In this document: positions 18,380 through 27,057 of the stretch, piece after piece
Position numbering within the stretch: the stretch's first letter is position 1
Layout: each line of letters begins with the position of its first letter
DNA from: a virus
Taxonomy: Duplodnaviria; Caudoviricetes
Reading direction: 5' to 3' (one strand)
DNA: 57,277 bases
IMG/VR virus record: IMGVR_UViG_3300009169_002640
Location: 1-57,277 of that record
The notes under the pieces: model-generated
Told to the model about the DNA's origin: nothing
What the model saw: the letters and a program-made list of their open reading frames with translations, nothing else
Database searches by the model: none
Made by a program: the position numbers and the translations under genes

Positions 18380-18760
18380 ATGGCAGACGCGGTTCTCCAA
18401 TCCATACTGACGCATATCGTGAACGTCTACCACCTCGTGCAGAGCGAGGACACGGACGGCCAGGTGCTGGAGGGTTACCCGGATCGCTGGTCGCCCGACA
18501 TCCTGAATCTGCCTTGCGCCATCGTGCAGGACGGGGAGACGCTAGCGAAGTCCGCGGTTGGCGCGATCATCGGCAGTACCATGATCCTCTACTGCGAGGA
18601 CGCGGATCTTCGCGAGCATGATCGGGTGCACTGGAAAGAGCATGTCTACTGCGTGAACGGGACCCCGGCCAAGTATATGAACATCTTCGATGCGGCGAAT
18701 GCGAATACGCCCCACTTGCTGGAAGTAGGGCTGATCGAGGAGAGGGCGGACCCGGCATGA
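18380..18760 (+). CDS. probable head closure protein
   Basis: Size and position; DLREHDRV....Y.V pattern. Confidence 0.55.
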   Translation: MADAVLQSILTHIVNVYHLVQSEDTDGQVLEGYPDRWSPDILNLPCAIVQDGETLAKSAVGAIIGSTMILYCEDADLREHDRVHWKEHVYCVNGTPAKYMNIFDAANANTPHLLEVGLIEERADPA

Positions 18761-19308
18761 TAGGCGTCACTGCAACGATCACGAAGCAGGGCCAGATTCG
18801 CGACTGGGCGAGACGGATGCCCACGGAGTTTCAGCGCCGTGCGGTCAAGCTGGTGACGGCCCATGCCCTGGCGATAGAGCGCACCGCGAAGCGGCTTGCT
18901 CCGGTGGACAAGAACGTCCTCAAGGCGAGCATTCACACTGACCTGCGCGTGTCGGGAAGCCATATCTCCGCCGCAGTCGGAACGGACGCGAAGCATGGGG
19001 CCTACCAGGAAATGGGCACCGGACTGTATGGGTACAAGCATCGGGAGTACGTAATTCGGCCGAAGAACAAAAAGGCCTTGGCGTTCGTGGCCCGGGCGGG
19101 AACGCAATTGGCGACGGGACGCGCCCTCTATCGCTCAAAAGCAGGGCGACTGGTGACCTCTCGGAAGCGCGCGGCGCGCACTGTGGTCGCCTACGTCATT
19201 CACCCCGGCGTCCGGCCGCAGCCTTTCCTGGGGCCGGCCTTCGACCACCAGATGCCAACCTTCCGCGCCGATCTACAGAACCTCGCCCGTTTGGGCTTCC
19301 CGAGGTAA
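18757..19308 (+). CDS. HK97 gp10-like tail component
   Basis: AKRLAPVD...LKASI, YQEMGTG, HPG..PQPFLGPA. Confidence 0.85.
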   Translation: MIGVTATITKQGQIRDWARRMPTEFQRRAVKLVTAHALAIERTAKRLAPVDKNVLKASIHTDLRVSGSHISAAVGTDAKHGAYQEMGTGLYGYKHREYVIRPKNKKALAFVARAGTQLATGRALYRSKAGRLVTSRKRAARTVVAYVIHPGVRPQPFLGPAFDHQMPTFRADLQNLARLGFPR

Positions 19309-19311
19309 GAC

Positions 19312-19764
19312 ATGCCCCCGCTTACGACTGGATTCAACTCCACCACGCAGGCGAATGAGATACTGGAGGCCCTACGCGACGCCTTGGCCGCGGGGACTAC
19401 TGTAACGCGCGGCCCCCTCTGGGCCTTGCCGGAACGCACCTGCCTGGTGCTGACCGGGCCGGGGGTAGAGACCACCCCCTTGGGCCTGAACGTCGAAGAG
19501 GCGCGCTACGAGTGGATGATAGTCTCGGTGCGCGCGGTGGCGGATAACGACCGGCGGGCAGACGAACTCGACACTCTCGCCGACACCATCATGGCCGCGC
19601 TGATGGATCTGATGCGCACCTCTACCAGTTTCTCCTACCAGAGCGGAGACGGGCCGCGGCGTTTGCGCGACATGGAGATGGCGGAACTGGCCGAGCGACA
19701 GCCGCGGCTTGACCCCCTGGGAATCGTGTTCTACACCCGCACGGAGGTGAATCCTCCGTGCTGA
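19312..19764 (+). CDS. probable tail terminator/completion protein
   Basis: Position after the gp10-like gene; size. Confidence 0.5.
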   Translation: MPPLTTGFNSTTQANEILEALRDALAAGTTVTRGPLWALPERTCLVLTGPGVETTPLGLNVEEARYEWMIVSVRAVADNDRRADELDTLADTIMAALMDLMRTSTSFSYQSGDGPRRLRDMEMAELAERQPRLDPLGIVFYTRTEVNPPC

Positions 19765-20777
19765 GGCTGCGCACGATACGACGCGTCAAGGGCGCTCGCC
19801 GGGTAGTAACCGAGGCGGGCGCCTTCCATTTCGACGAGTCCCGCGGCGATACCGCCTGCGTGCCAGAGCCGGTTGCCGAAGAACTGGTGGCAGAGGGCCG
19901 CGCCTACCTGCCCTCTCCGCAAGAGCTCTGTGCGGGGAAGTGGATTGTGCGCCGACGCGCAGGCATGGGGGACGTACTCTGCTTGTCTGCTGCCCTGCGG
20001 GAGGTGGTGAAGTTCGGCGGCGCCGTGGAGGTGATCGCCCACGCGAACTACCGCACGATCTTCGATGGATTCCCACAGGGAGCCGGGCAGTTCCAACATC
20101 GCCCGGTGTTGTTTGACGGCTGGCTAGAGCGACACCCAGGAAGGCGGGGCCGACCGGCCGCAGCCTGCTTGGGAGACTATTGGAATCTCGACTTGGAGGA
20201 TATGCGTCCGTACTTCGCGCTCTCCGAGCAAGAGCGATCGCTGGGGCGCTCCTATCTCGCGCAGTTGCGCGGGGGGAGCGAAAGGGTGGTTGCCTTATTC
20301 CAGCGCGCGGGGTGGGAGACGCGCACCTACCGGCACTGGCGGCAGGTAGCGAAGGCGTTGGCGGATTCGGGCTGTACAGTGTTGGGCTTCGACGGCGAGG
20401 TGCTGCCGTGCTGCAAGCAGCCGTTCCCCATGCCACTGCGCGCCCTGGCTGGCGTGATAGCGGCCTGTGATCTGGTGGTGACGGGAGATAGCGGGCCGCT
20501 GCACTTGGCGGCCGCGGTTGGAACCCCTTCGGTTTCGGTGTTCTGCTGCACCGGCGCGGCCGGGTCAGTTGGGCGCGGCTATGACACTGAGTCGCTGGAA
20601 CCGGAGGGGATGGAGTGCTGGCCGTGTTGGGCGGCCAGTTGTCGTGTCGGCGAGGTGGATGTCCCGGGCAGCTGTGTTGAGGCGGTGTCGCCTGAATCGG
20701 TAACACAAGCAGCCCTGGGGCGTCTTAAGGCGCTCTCTGGGCACAAGGAGAGTGCAGATGCAGGGCTTCTACGGTAG
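19758..20777 (+). CDS. GT9-family (heptosyltransferase-like) glycosyltransferase
   Basis: GMGDVL, DLVVTGDSGPLHLAAAVGTP, C.PCW...C...C. Confidence 0.88.
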   Translation: MLRLRTIRRVKGARRVVTEAGAFHFDESRGDTACVPEPVAEELVAEGRAYLPSPQELCAGKWIVRRRAGMGDVLCLSAALREVVKFGGAVEVIAHANYRTIFDGFPQGAGQFQHRPVLFDGWLERHPGRRGRPAAACLGDYWNLDLEDMRPYFALSEQERSLGRSYLAQLRGGSERVVALFQRAGWETRTYRHWRQVAKALADSGCTVLGFDGEVLPCCKQPFPMPLRALAGVIAACDLVVTGDSGPLHLAAAVGTPSVSVFCCTGAAGSVGRGYDTESLEPEGMECWPCWAASCRVGEVDVPGSCVEAVSPESVTQAALGRLKALSGHKESADAGLLR

Positions 20778-21618
20778 GATTTGGTACGGCGTGCAGGGAG
20801 CGAAGGGGACGGCGGCTACGTCCTTCGCCCCCATCGGGATTATCGGCCGGGCAAATCGGCGAATCCCCGCGGGACTTGAGAAGCTGTTTGGCGTCGGCTC
20901 CTGGAATGCGATGGAGCTTTCTGAGGGCATGACCCTCGGCGAAGTAGGAATCTCCATCGCGGCCCTGGAGGACCCGCACTTCTGCCAGTACGCGCGGCGT
21001 AGCGACGTGACCGGCGAGCTCACCTGGCTGACCATCAAGATGGGCTACGTGAAGGGCGCGGAGGTCTACACCTCCGTCATTCAGGACTGCAAGATGGACT
21101 CGCTGGGCCTGCGGCTAGAGGCGGGCGGGCGGATCTCGGTTGACCTCTCTCTGATTGGCGGCAAGGTCACCAACACCGCGGCCGATCCCGGCGACATGTC
21201 GAACCTCGACGCGCGGGCTTACCGCTCGTTTGAGGCCGTATGGGACGAGGTGCTGGACCTACGCGCGTTCTCCCTGGACGTGCGCAACAATATCAGCCCG
21301 ATCCCTGTCATTGCCGGGTCCGGCACGACCCGCGACCCGGATCGAATCTGGGATTACCTGGACGAGGGCCGCAATGACGTGGGAGGTTCGCTCACCTATC
21401 GCGCCGGCGATGTGACGCGCGACCTTCAGGACTGCCTGCTGACCGGGGCGGACCACGACCTGGTATTCACCTCGTGCGGGGATATCTCCCCCGCGCAGAG
21501 CATGACCATCTCGCTCACCGGCCTGAAACTGGAGAGCGAGGACTTCCAGCTGCAGGCCGATGCGGACGTGCTGTTCGAGTGTCCGTATCTGGCGACCGAC
21601 TGGGAAATTACCGGCTAG
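20758..21618 (+). CDS. probable major tail (tube) protein
   Basis: Position before the chaperone and tape measure genes; acidic and beta-rich; FSLDVRNNI. Confidence 0.7.
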   Translation: MQGFYGRIWYGVQGAKGTAATSFAPIGIIGRANRRIPAGLEKLFGVGSWNAMELSEGMTLGEVGISIAALEDPHFCQYARRSDVTGELTWLTIKMGYVKGAEVYTSVIQDCKMDSLGLRLEAGGRISVDLSLIGGKVTNTAADPGDMSNLDARAYRSFEAVWDEVLDLRAFSLDVRNNISPIPVIAGSGTTRDPDRIWDYLDEGRNDVGGSLTYRAGDVTRDLQDCLLTGADHDLVFTSCGDISPAQSMTISLTGLKLESEDFQLQADADVLFECPYLATDWEITG

Positions 21619-21638
21619 GCCGGATAAGGGAGGCGCAT

Positions 21639-22112
21639 ATGACGGGCAATGACGAACTGACCACTCCGGGCAATGTGATAGTTGACCCGGAGGCTCCCAC
21701 CCAGGAGCAAGACCTCGATCTGGTGGCGCTGCTTGACGCAGAGCTTCGCCGCGAGCGCATTCCCCTTCCGGGAAGCGCGGACGGCGCGCTCTATATCGAA
21801 CTGCAAGCCTGGACCGGCGCGCAGAAAATGCGCTACCTGAACACCGGCATGGAGTACGCGGTGCCGGTCGGGAAGGCGGCCGCCACCAAGGCCACCTTCC
21901 ACATGGACACCATTGAGCAGGCTCGCGCGCTGCTGGAGAGTTCCATCGTGGACTTCCGGCTCCGCTTGCGCGGGAAAGAGGTGCGCTATACCGGCGCGCA
22001 GTCTGTCTGGTCGCTCCTCTCGCAGGTCCCGTCCGAAGTGCTGGATTGGGTTGTGGCGCAGGTGCGGCGCTTCCAGGGCCTGGAGGTAGTAACCCCCGAG
22101 GGGGAAGCCTAA
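21639..22112 (+). CDS. tail assembly chaperone (gpG-like)
   Basis: GGGAGG RBS; lies between tail tube and tape measure; slippery site at its 3' end. Confidence 0.75.
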   Translation: MTGNDELTTPGNVIVDPEAPTQEQDLDLVALLDAELRRERIPLPGSADGALYIELQAWTGAQKMRYLNTGMEYAVPVGKAAATKATFHMDTIEQARALLESSIVDFRLRLRGKEVRYTGAQSVWSLLSQVPSEVLDWVVAQVRRFQGLEVVTPEGEA

Positions 22113-22441
22113 CCGGGCAGTTCCTCTCCTACCTGCGGCGCGCGGTCCGCGCGTTGCTGAGTGAGGAGGTGCTGCCCCCAGGGCGCGCCCTCGCGATAGT
22201 GCTGCGCTACTACCGCCACTACCGCGAGGGCTTTCTGCCTCGCGCGGGCGGAGTGGGCGAGCAGCCCGCATTCCTGCTCGAGTGTCTGGAGGCCTGTGCC
22301 GACGCGCAGGCTGAACACGAGGCCCTCAAGCGCCAGGAGCAGGAAACGAGCTCTCCTGGCAAGGGGCCGCGCCGGGTAGGCCGTCTCTCGGCAGAGGACG
22401 CGGCGAAGCCAGACTGGCACCGTCGCGTCAAGCCGAACTGA
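22100..22441 (+). CDS. -1 frameshift extension of the tail chaperone (gpGT-like)
   Basis: G GGG GAA at 22100-22106; the -1 frame is open to 22441 and contains LPRAGGVGEQP. Confidence 0.75.
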   Translation, partial: GGSLTGQFLSYLRRAVRALLSEEVLPPGRALAIVLRYYRHYREGFLPRAGGVGEQPAFLLECLEACADAQAEHEALKRQEQETSSPGKGPRRVGRLSAEDAAKPDWHRRVKPN

Positions 22442-22450
22442 GGAAGCCCA

Positions 22451-25357
22451 ATGGCTCTTGCTGGTGGACCGACAATCGAACGCGGCCGCATGGAGGTCGT
22501 GCTGGAGGCGCAGAACCGCGCGCAGGGAACCTTGCAGCAGTTTGGTTCGCAGGTCTCTCGCACGCTAGAACAAGCGCGCCGGCACGCGCAGGAGGCAGGG
22601 CAGTCCTTGCGCGCATCCGGCGAGCAGCTCTCCGCTATGACGGGCCGAACCACCATCCTCGGCCGCTCTATGATCTTCCTGGGAGGGGCGATCCGTTCGC
22701 CCCTCCTTGGATTGCTGGCCCTGGGGCAGGTGGGGGCTACGGCGCTCGGCACACTCCTGGGCGCACTGGGCCGCCTGGTAGGTGCCGTCGCAAACGCGGG
22801 TATGGCGATCCTGCGCTGGCTGGGACAGACGGCCGTGAACGCCGTCAACTCCCTGGCGAAGGCCCTCACGGCCTTGGGGGTAGCGGCTACGGCCGCGCTT
22901 GCCCTGGGGACGCGGGCCGCAATGGAGTTCGCCCACGGAATGCGCTATGCCAACTCCATCATGCAATTGAGCGAGGCGGGATTCGCCGATATCTCGGTTG
23001 AGGTCAAGCGCATGGCCTCCGAGGTTGGGGAGTTCCCGGCCGTGCTCGCGCGTGGCCTCTATGACATTGCCTCCTCGGGCTTCAAGGGCGCGGAGGGAAT
23101 GGACGTGCTGGGGGCCGCGGCGAAGGCGGGTGTAGCGGGACTCACCGAAACCGCGACCGCGGCGCGCGCCCTCACTGCGGTGCTGAATGCCTATGGCATG
23201 GCCTCCTCGGAGGCGGGTCGGATCGCCGACATCATGTTCAAGTCGGTGGAGGTGGGCGTCTTCACCTTTGGCGACCTGGCGCAGAACATCGGTGATGTAG
23301 TGGCGTCCGCGGCGGCCGCCTCGGTGCCTTTCGAGGAGATTGCCGGGGCCTTCGCCACTATGACCAAGGGCGGCATCACCGCCTCAGAGACCGCCACTGC
23401 CCTGAACCGCATTATCCTTTCCTTCCTCGATCCGGCAAAGGACTTTGCCGCGGCGCTGAAGGCCATTGGTATTGAGAGTGGGGCGGTCCATATCCAGGCG
23501 ACCGGGTTGGCGGGGGCGGTGGAGGCGTTAAATCGGATCGCGGCCGGGAATCCCCTGGTGCTCGCGAACATGGGCCTTGAGATGCGCGCGCTGAAGGCGG
23601 CCCTCTCGCTGACCCGGCAGGAAGGCCGCGGGTTCGCCGAAGACGTGCAGGCCATGACGAACTCGGCCGGCGCGATGGCAAACGCCACGAGTCAGATTGA
23701 GAAGTCACCGGCGCGCGCCTGGCAGCGAATGAAGGTGGAGGCACAGCTTGCCCTCGTCGCGCTAGGGGAGGCCTTCGGCCCGGCGCTTACTTCGCTGATC
23801 GAGGGGGCGGGCCGGGCCTTCTCGCGCCTGGGCGAGATCATGGAGCGGGTGGCGACCTCGGACCGTTGGCAGGCCTTCCTCGCGACCTTGCAGGCCGTCT
23901 TCTCGCAGGCCGAGGGCACGATCATGGGTTGGCTCGATTGGCTTTCCGAAAATTGGGGGCAGGTCTGGGATGAGGTGGCTGATCGGGTCGGCCGCGCCGC
24001 GGACTGGATTGCCGGAGCGATTGGGGGCGTGATCGAGGTGATTCGCTCCCTGGTCGCGAACCGCGGGGCGATCTGGGATTGGGCGCAGACTATCATTGAC
24101 GCGGCCTTCGCGGTGGGGCGAGCTATCGAGCAGTACGTGATAGATACCATTCAGCGTCTCCCGGAGAAGATGGGGAGGGTGCTGGGGCAGGTCGGCGGGG
24201 CGACAGTAGGGCTCATCACCGCGCCTACTTCTATGCGCCCTTGGGGAGAACACATTCGAGAGAGCGCGCAAATTGGCGGGCACGCCGGTGAGCGGTTGGG
24301 GCGGTGGGCCTCTGACGCGACCGGCTATGGGGAGGCTGTCGCCAACCTCCCGCGCCTGAGTGAAGTTCCGCCGCGCCTGCGCGCCTGGGCAGAGCAGCAG
24401 GGCCTGATCGTCGAGGGTAGTCCGTGGGCAGAAGTCTCCGGCGCGTGGGGCCGCGGTTCCCAGGCCGGCCGCGATTGGCTCACGAACCTGCGCGCGGGTG
24501 TGGCGGGCAGCGCGGTGGCGGCTCCGGCCGGCCCCTGGCAGGACCTGGGGGACGGGGCTTGGTTTATCGAGTCCTCGCAGAACCTGAATGAGGCGGCCAA
24601 TACGATCAAAGAGGCGGCCGCCACCATTGCCGAGGCGGGGACGCAGCAGATCAGGACCGCGCAGGAGCAAGCAGGCTACTTCGCCAACGCCTCCTCGCAG
24701 ATCACGGCGGCGAGCGGGGCGGCGAGAGGCGGCGGGGCCGGCGGACAAGTTCCGTCCCTGGCAGAGTTCGCGCCGGCCGCGGTTTACCAGACAGCCCTGG
24801 GTGAGATGGAAAAGGCGCGGGGCAACTTTGAGGGATACCGGGAGGCCCTGGCGCGGCAGGCCGCCTCTCTGGACGAGGCGATAGACCGGCTGTGGCCGCA
24901 GATCGAAAATGACCCGACCACGGAGACGCTGAGTCTGCTTGCCGACCTCTATGACCAGCGCTCCGCCGCGCAGAAGGCCTTCCAGGGCTCCCTCAAGAGC
25001 GCGGCGGGAAATCCCCTGGAGGGCTGGGATCCCAACCTCGTGGCGCAACTGGGGCGCGCCGTCTCGGGCGAGGAGTTCTCGCAGGCGATAGCGCGCGTAG
25101 CGGCGGCGGATGCTGCGGCTGCTATCCCCGCGGCCGCTGCGGTCACCACCGCCTCGCCCACCTACGGCCCCGGCATTGCCCTGCACGACAGCTACGTCCC
25201 CACCATCGCCTCTCCGCAGATCAACATTACCATCGGCACCGTCAACTCAAAGCAGGAGATGAAGCGGATTGTCTTCGAGGCGGTGGACGAGAAGTTGGAC
25301 GAGTTCTGGGAGCAGCAGATGGGCTATGAGGCGGCCGCGACTGGATACCAGAACTGA
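22451..25357 (+). CDS. tape measure protein (TP901-like core)
   Basis: 968 aa, Ala-rich; LARGLYDIASSG, LNAYG....A..IAD.MF..V..G. Confidence 0.92.
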   Translation: MALAGGPTIERGRMEVVLEAQNRAQGTLQQFGSQVSRTLEQARRHAQEAGQSLRASGEQLSAMTGRTTILGRSMIFLGGAIRSPLLGLLALGQVGATALGTLLGALGRLVGAVANAGMAILRWLGQTAVNAVNSLAKALTALGVAATAALALGTRAAMEFAHGMRYANSIMQLSEAGFADISVEVKRMASEVGEFPAVLARGLYDIASSGFKGAEGMDVLGAAAKAGVAGLTETATAARALTAVLNAYGMASSEAGRIADIMFKSVEVGVFTFGDLAQNIGDVVASAAAASVPFEEIAGAFATMTKGGITASETATALNRIILSFLDPAKDFAAALKAIGIESGAVHIQATGLAGAVEALNRIAAGNPLVLANMGLEMRALKAALSLTRQEGRGFAEDVQAMTNSAGAMANATSQIEKSPARAWQRMKVEAQLALVALGEAFGPALTSLIEGAGRAFSRLGEIMERVATSDRWQAFLATLQAVFSQAEGTIMGWLDWLSENWGQVWDEVADRVGRAADWIAGAIGGVIEVIRSLVANRGAIWDWAQTIIDAAFAVGRAIEQYVIDTIQRLPEKMGRVLGQVGGATVGLITAPTSMRPWGEHIRESAQIGGHAGERLGRWASDATGYGEAVANLPRLSEVPPRLRAWAEQQGLIVEGSPWAEVSGAWGRGSQAGRDWLTNLRAGVAGSAVAAPAGPWQDLGDGAWFIESSQNLNEAANTIKEAAATIAEAGTQQIRTAQEQAGYFANASSQITAASGAARGGGAGGQVPSLAEFAPAAVYQTALGEMEKARGNFEGYREALARQAASLDEAIDRLWPQIENDPTTETLSLLADLYDQRSAAQKAFQGSLKSAAGNPLEGWDPNLVAQLGRAVSGEEFSQAIARVAAADAAAAIPAAAAVTTASPTYGPGIALHDSYVPTIASPQINITIGTVNSKQEMKRIVFEAVDEKLDEFWEQQMGYEAAATGYQN

Positions 25358-27057
25358 TGGCAGTCTACGCAGTAGAGTTCGATTTCAACTTGGAGGAGAT
25401 GGCCGGACTTCCGGCAAGCGGCTGGGCAAACATCTTCTCCTATGCCATTGCAGAACTAGGCTGGGAAAAGACGGCGGATACTCGCATACTCAGGCTAGAG
25501 CTTTCTCACTGGCTTTATTATTGGGTCTGGAATCCTGTCGGCGGAAGCCCGATCATCTACCAGAGTTCTGGCAGTAGCCTGTCCATAGACAGGGGGCTTG
25601 GCTTGGGGGCAGAGGCGCTGTATGCGGGCGCCTTGACCTTCGGAGAATGGGCTATCGCCGCCTCATTCGATGATGACACCAATACCTATGCGGTCACCCT
25701 CCAGGACCCCAACGGGGATGAGCATAGCTACAGTGGGGCGATATCCCCTCCATTGTCTCCCCCCATCGCGCTCGATTACCGCAGATTCGGGAGTGGGGTG
25801 AGGAACTACGGTAGTGTCGGGGCTGAGTACCTAGCGGGCTGGATAATCGGGTCCGCGAAGCATAGCATAGATGCCGTCTCCTTCGCGGTTGATGGAACTC
25901 CTGATACCGAGGAAGATTTCGAGGATGAGGCCTTCGACCCGCCCTGGGAGTGGGAGTGGGCGCATGTGCTGCCAGGCGAAGGGGCGAATAGCTGGAGTTG
26001 CGTAGATAGCAAGCTGACCTTTGACTTTTCGGGGCCAACGCCGCCCCTGGAGGAGTCACCTCAGACTGACTATCTGACTCTGACCTCGATAGAGCCGACG
26101 CGAACCTCCCCCCGATCCTTGTCGCTCTGTCGCCTGTCGCCCTCTGCGGTAGTAGCCGTGCTCGCGCCGGAATCAGAGAGCGCGCTAGCCCAGGGGGGCA
26201 TTCGTACTGAGTTGGACGGCGCTTGGGAAAAGGCCACGGTCATACACTGCTCTCCTCACCCAACACCTACCGCCTGGAAGAGTCCGTCTTGCTGTCCGAG
26301 ACAAGGGCGCTTGTGGGTGGCCGGAGTGATTCCTTCGCGCAACGCGGCCAGCCTTGGCGCGTTGGATAGCTCTACCTGGGAGACTGAGGCTGACCTAGCC
26401 GCTCTCGCCGACTCCGCTTGGTCCTGGTGTTCAGCCTCCCTGCGCCCGCTTTCTGGCGGCATAGACGTACTTGCCCTGGACGCGCCGGACGGCGGACCCT
26501 ACACCTGGTATCAGGCCGTCGCGCTGTGGAACCACGAGGGGGACGAGCTCACCTTCTCCGAGGCGGTGGATACTGGGATCGGCGGAAGCGCAGATGCTGC
26601 GGGTAGTTTGCGGCGCTGGGTAGGCGGCGGCCTCCTGTTCGCGGCGATAGACGATGCAGACGACGCCCACCTCTGGCACTGCCCTTGCCTGTCGCCGGAG
26701 GCCGCAGGAGAATGGGAGGACCTCGGCACCATCGGCTCGGGTTATGCGGCAGTTGAAATCGAGGCCCTCCGCCCGCTCGGCCCGGTGCTGGCCATGCTAC
26801 TGGACACCTCCGGTGAGGCTCCCGTCTGGTATCAGAGCTACGGCCTCCCGGAGGTAGACGGCTCCGCCGTCACCTTCTGCGAGCCAGTCCTTTCTGACGG
26901 CCTCCCCAACTCCGCGGAAGTGCGCGGCGGCCTACTCCAAATCCACGATGGCTCCCTGCTGTTCGCGATGGTAGACGACGCGGATGACACCCGCTTTTTC
27001 ACCTGCCCGGCCATTGCGCCGGACGGAACCGGCTCTTGGACTGAGGTGGCGACCTAA
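25357..27057 (+). CDS. minor tail protein with repeated beta-rich units
   Basis: Follows the tape measure gene; two similar units WYQ...TF.E.V...LLFA..DDADD....CP......G.W. Confidence 0.6.
   Translation: MAVYAVEFDFNLEEMAGLPASGWANIFSYAIAELGWEKTADTRILRLELSHWLYYWVWNPVGGSPIIYQSSGSSLSIDRGLGLGAEALYAGALTFGEWAIAASFDDDTNTYAVTLQDPNGDEHSYSGAISPPLSPPIALDYRRFGSGVRNYGSVGAEYLAGWIIGSAKHSIDAVSFAVDGTPDTEEDFEDEAFDPPWEWEWAHVLPGEGANSWSCVDSKLTFDFSGPTPPLEESPQTDYLTLTSIEPTRTSPRSLSLCRLSPSAVVAVLAPESESALAQGGIRTELDGAWEKATVIHCSPHPTPTAWKSPSCCPRQGRLWVAGVIPSRNAASLGALDSSTWETEADLAALADSAWSWCSASLRPLSGGIDVLALDAPDGGPYTWYQAVALWNHEGDELTFSEAVDTGIGGSADAAGSLRRWVGGGLLFAAIDDADDAHLWHCPCLSPEAAGEWEDLGTIGSGYAAVEIEALRPLGPVLAMLLDTSGEAPVWYQSYGLPEVDGSAVTFCEPVLSDGLPNSAEVRGGLLQIHDGSLLFAMVDDADDTRFFTCPAIAPDGTGSWTEVAT

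Noticed and set aside
23762-25186. Long antisense and alternate-frame ORFs (also 9846..10790, 11022..12116, 37417..38577)
   Set aside because: These are shadow ORFs expected at high GC, lying opposite well-supported genes.
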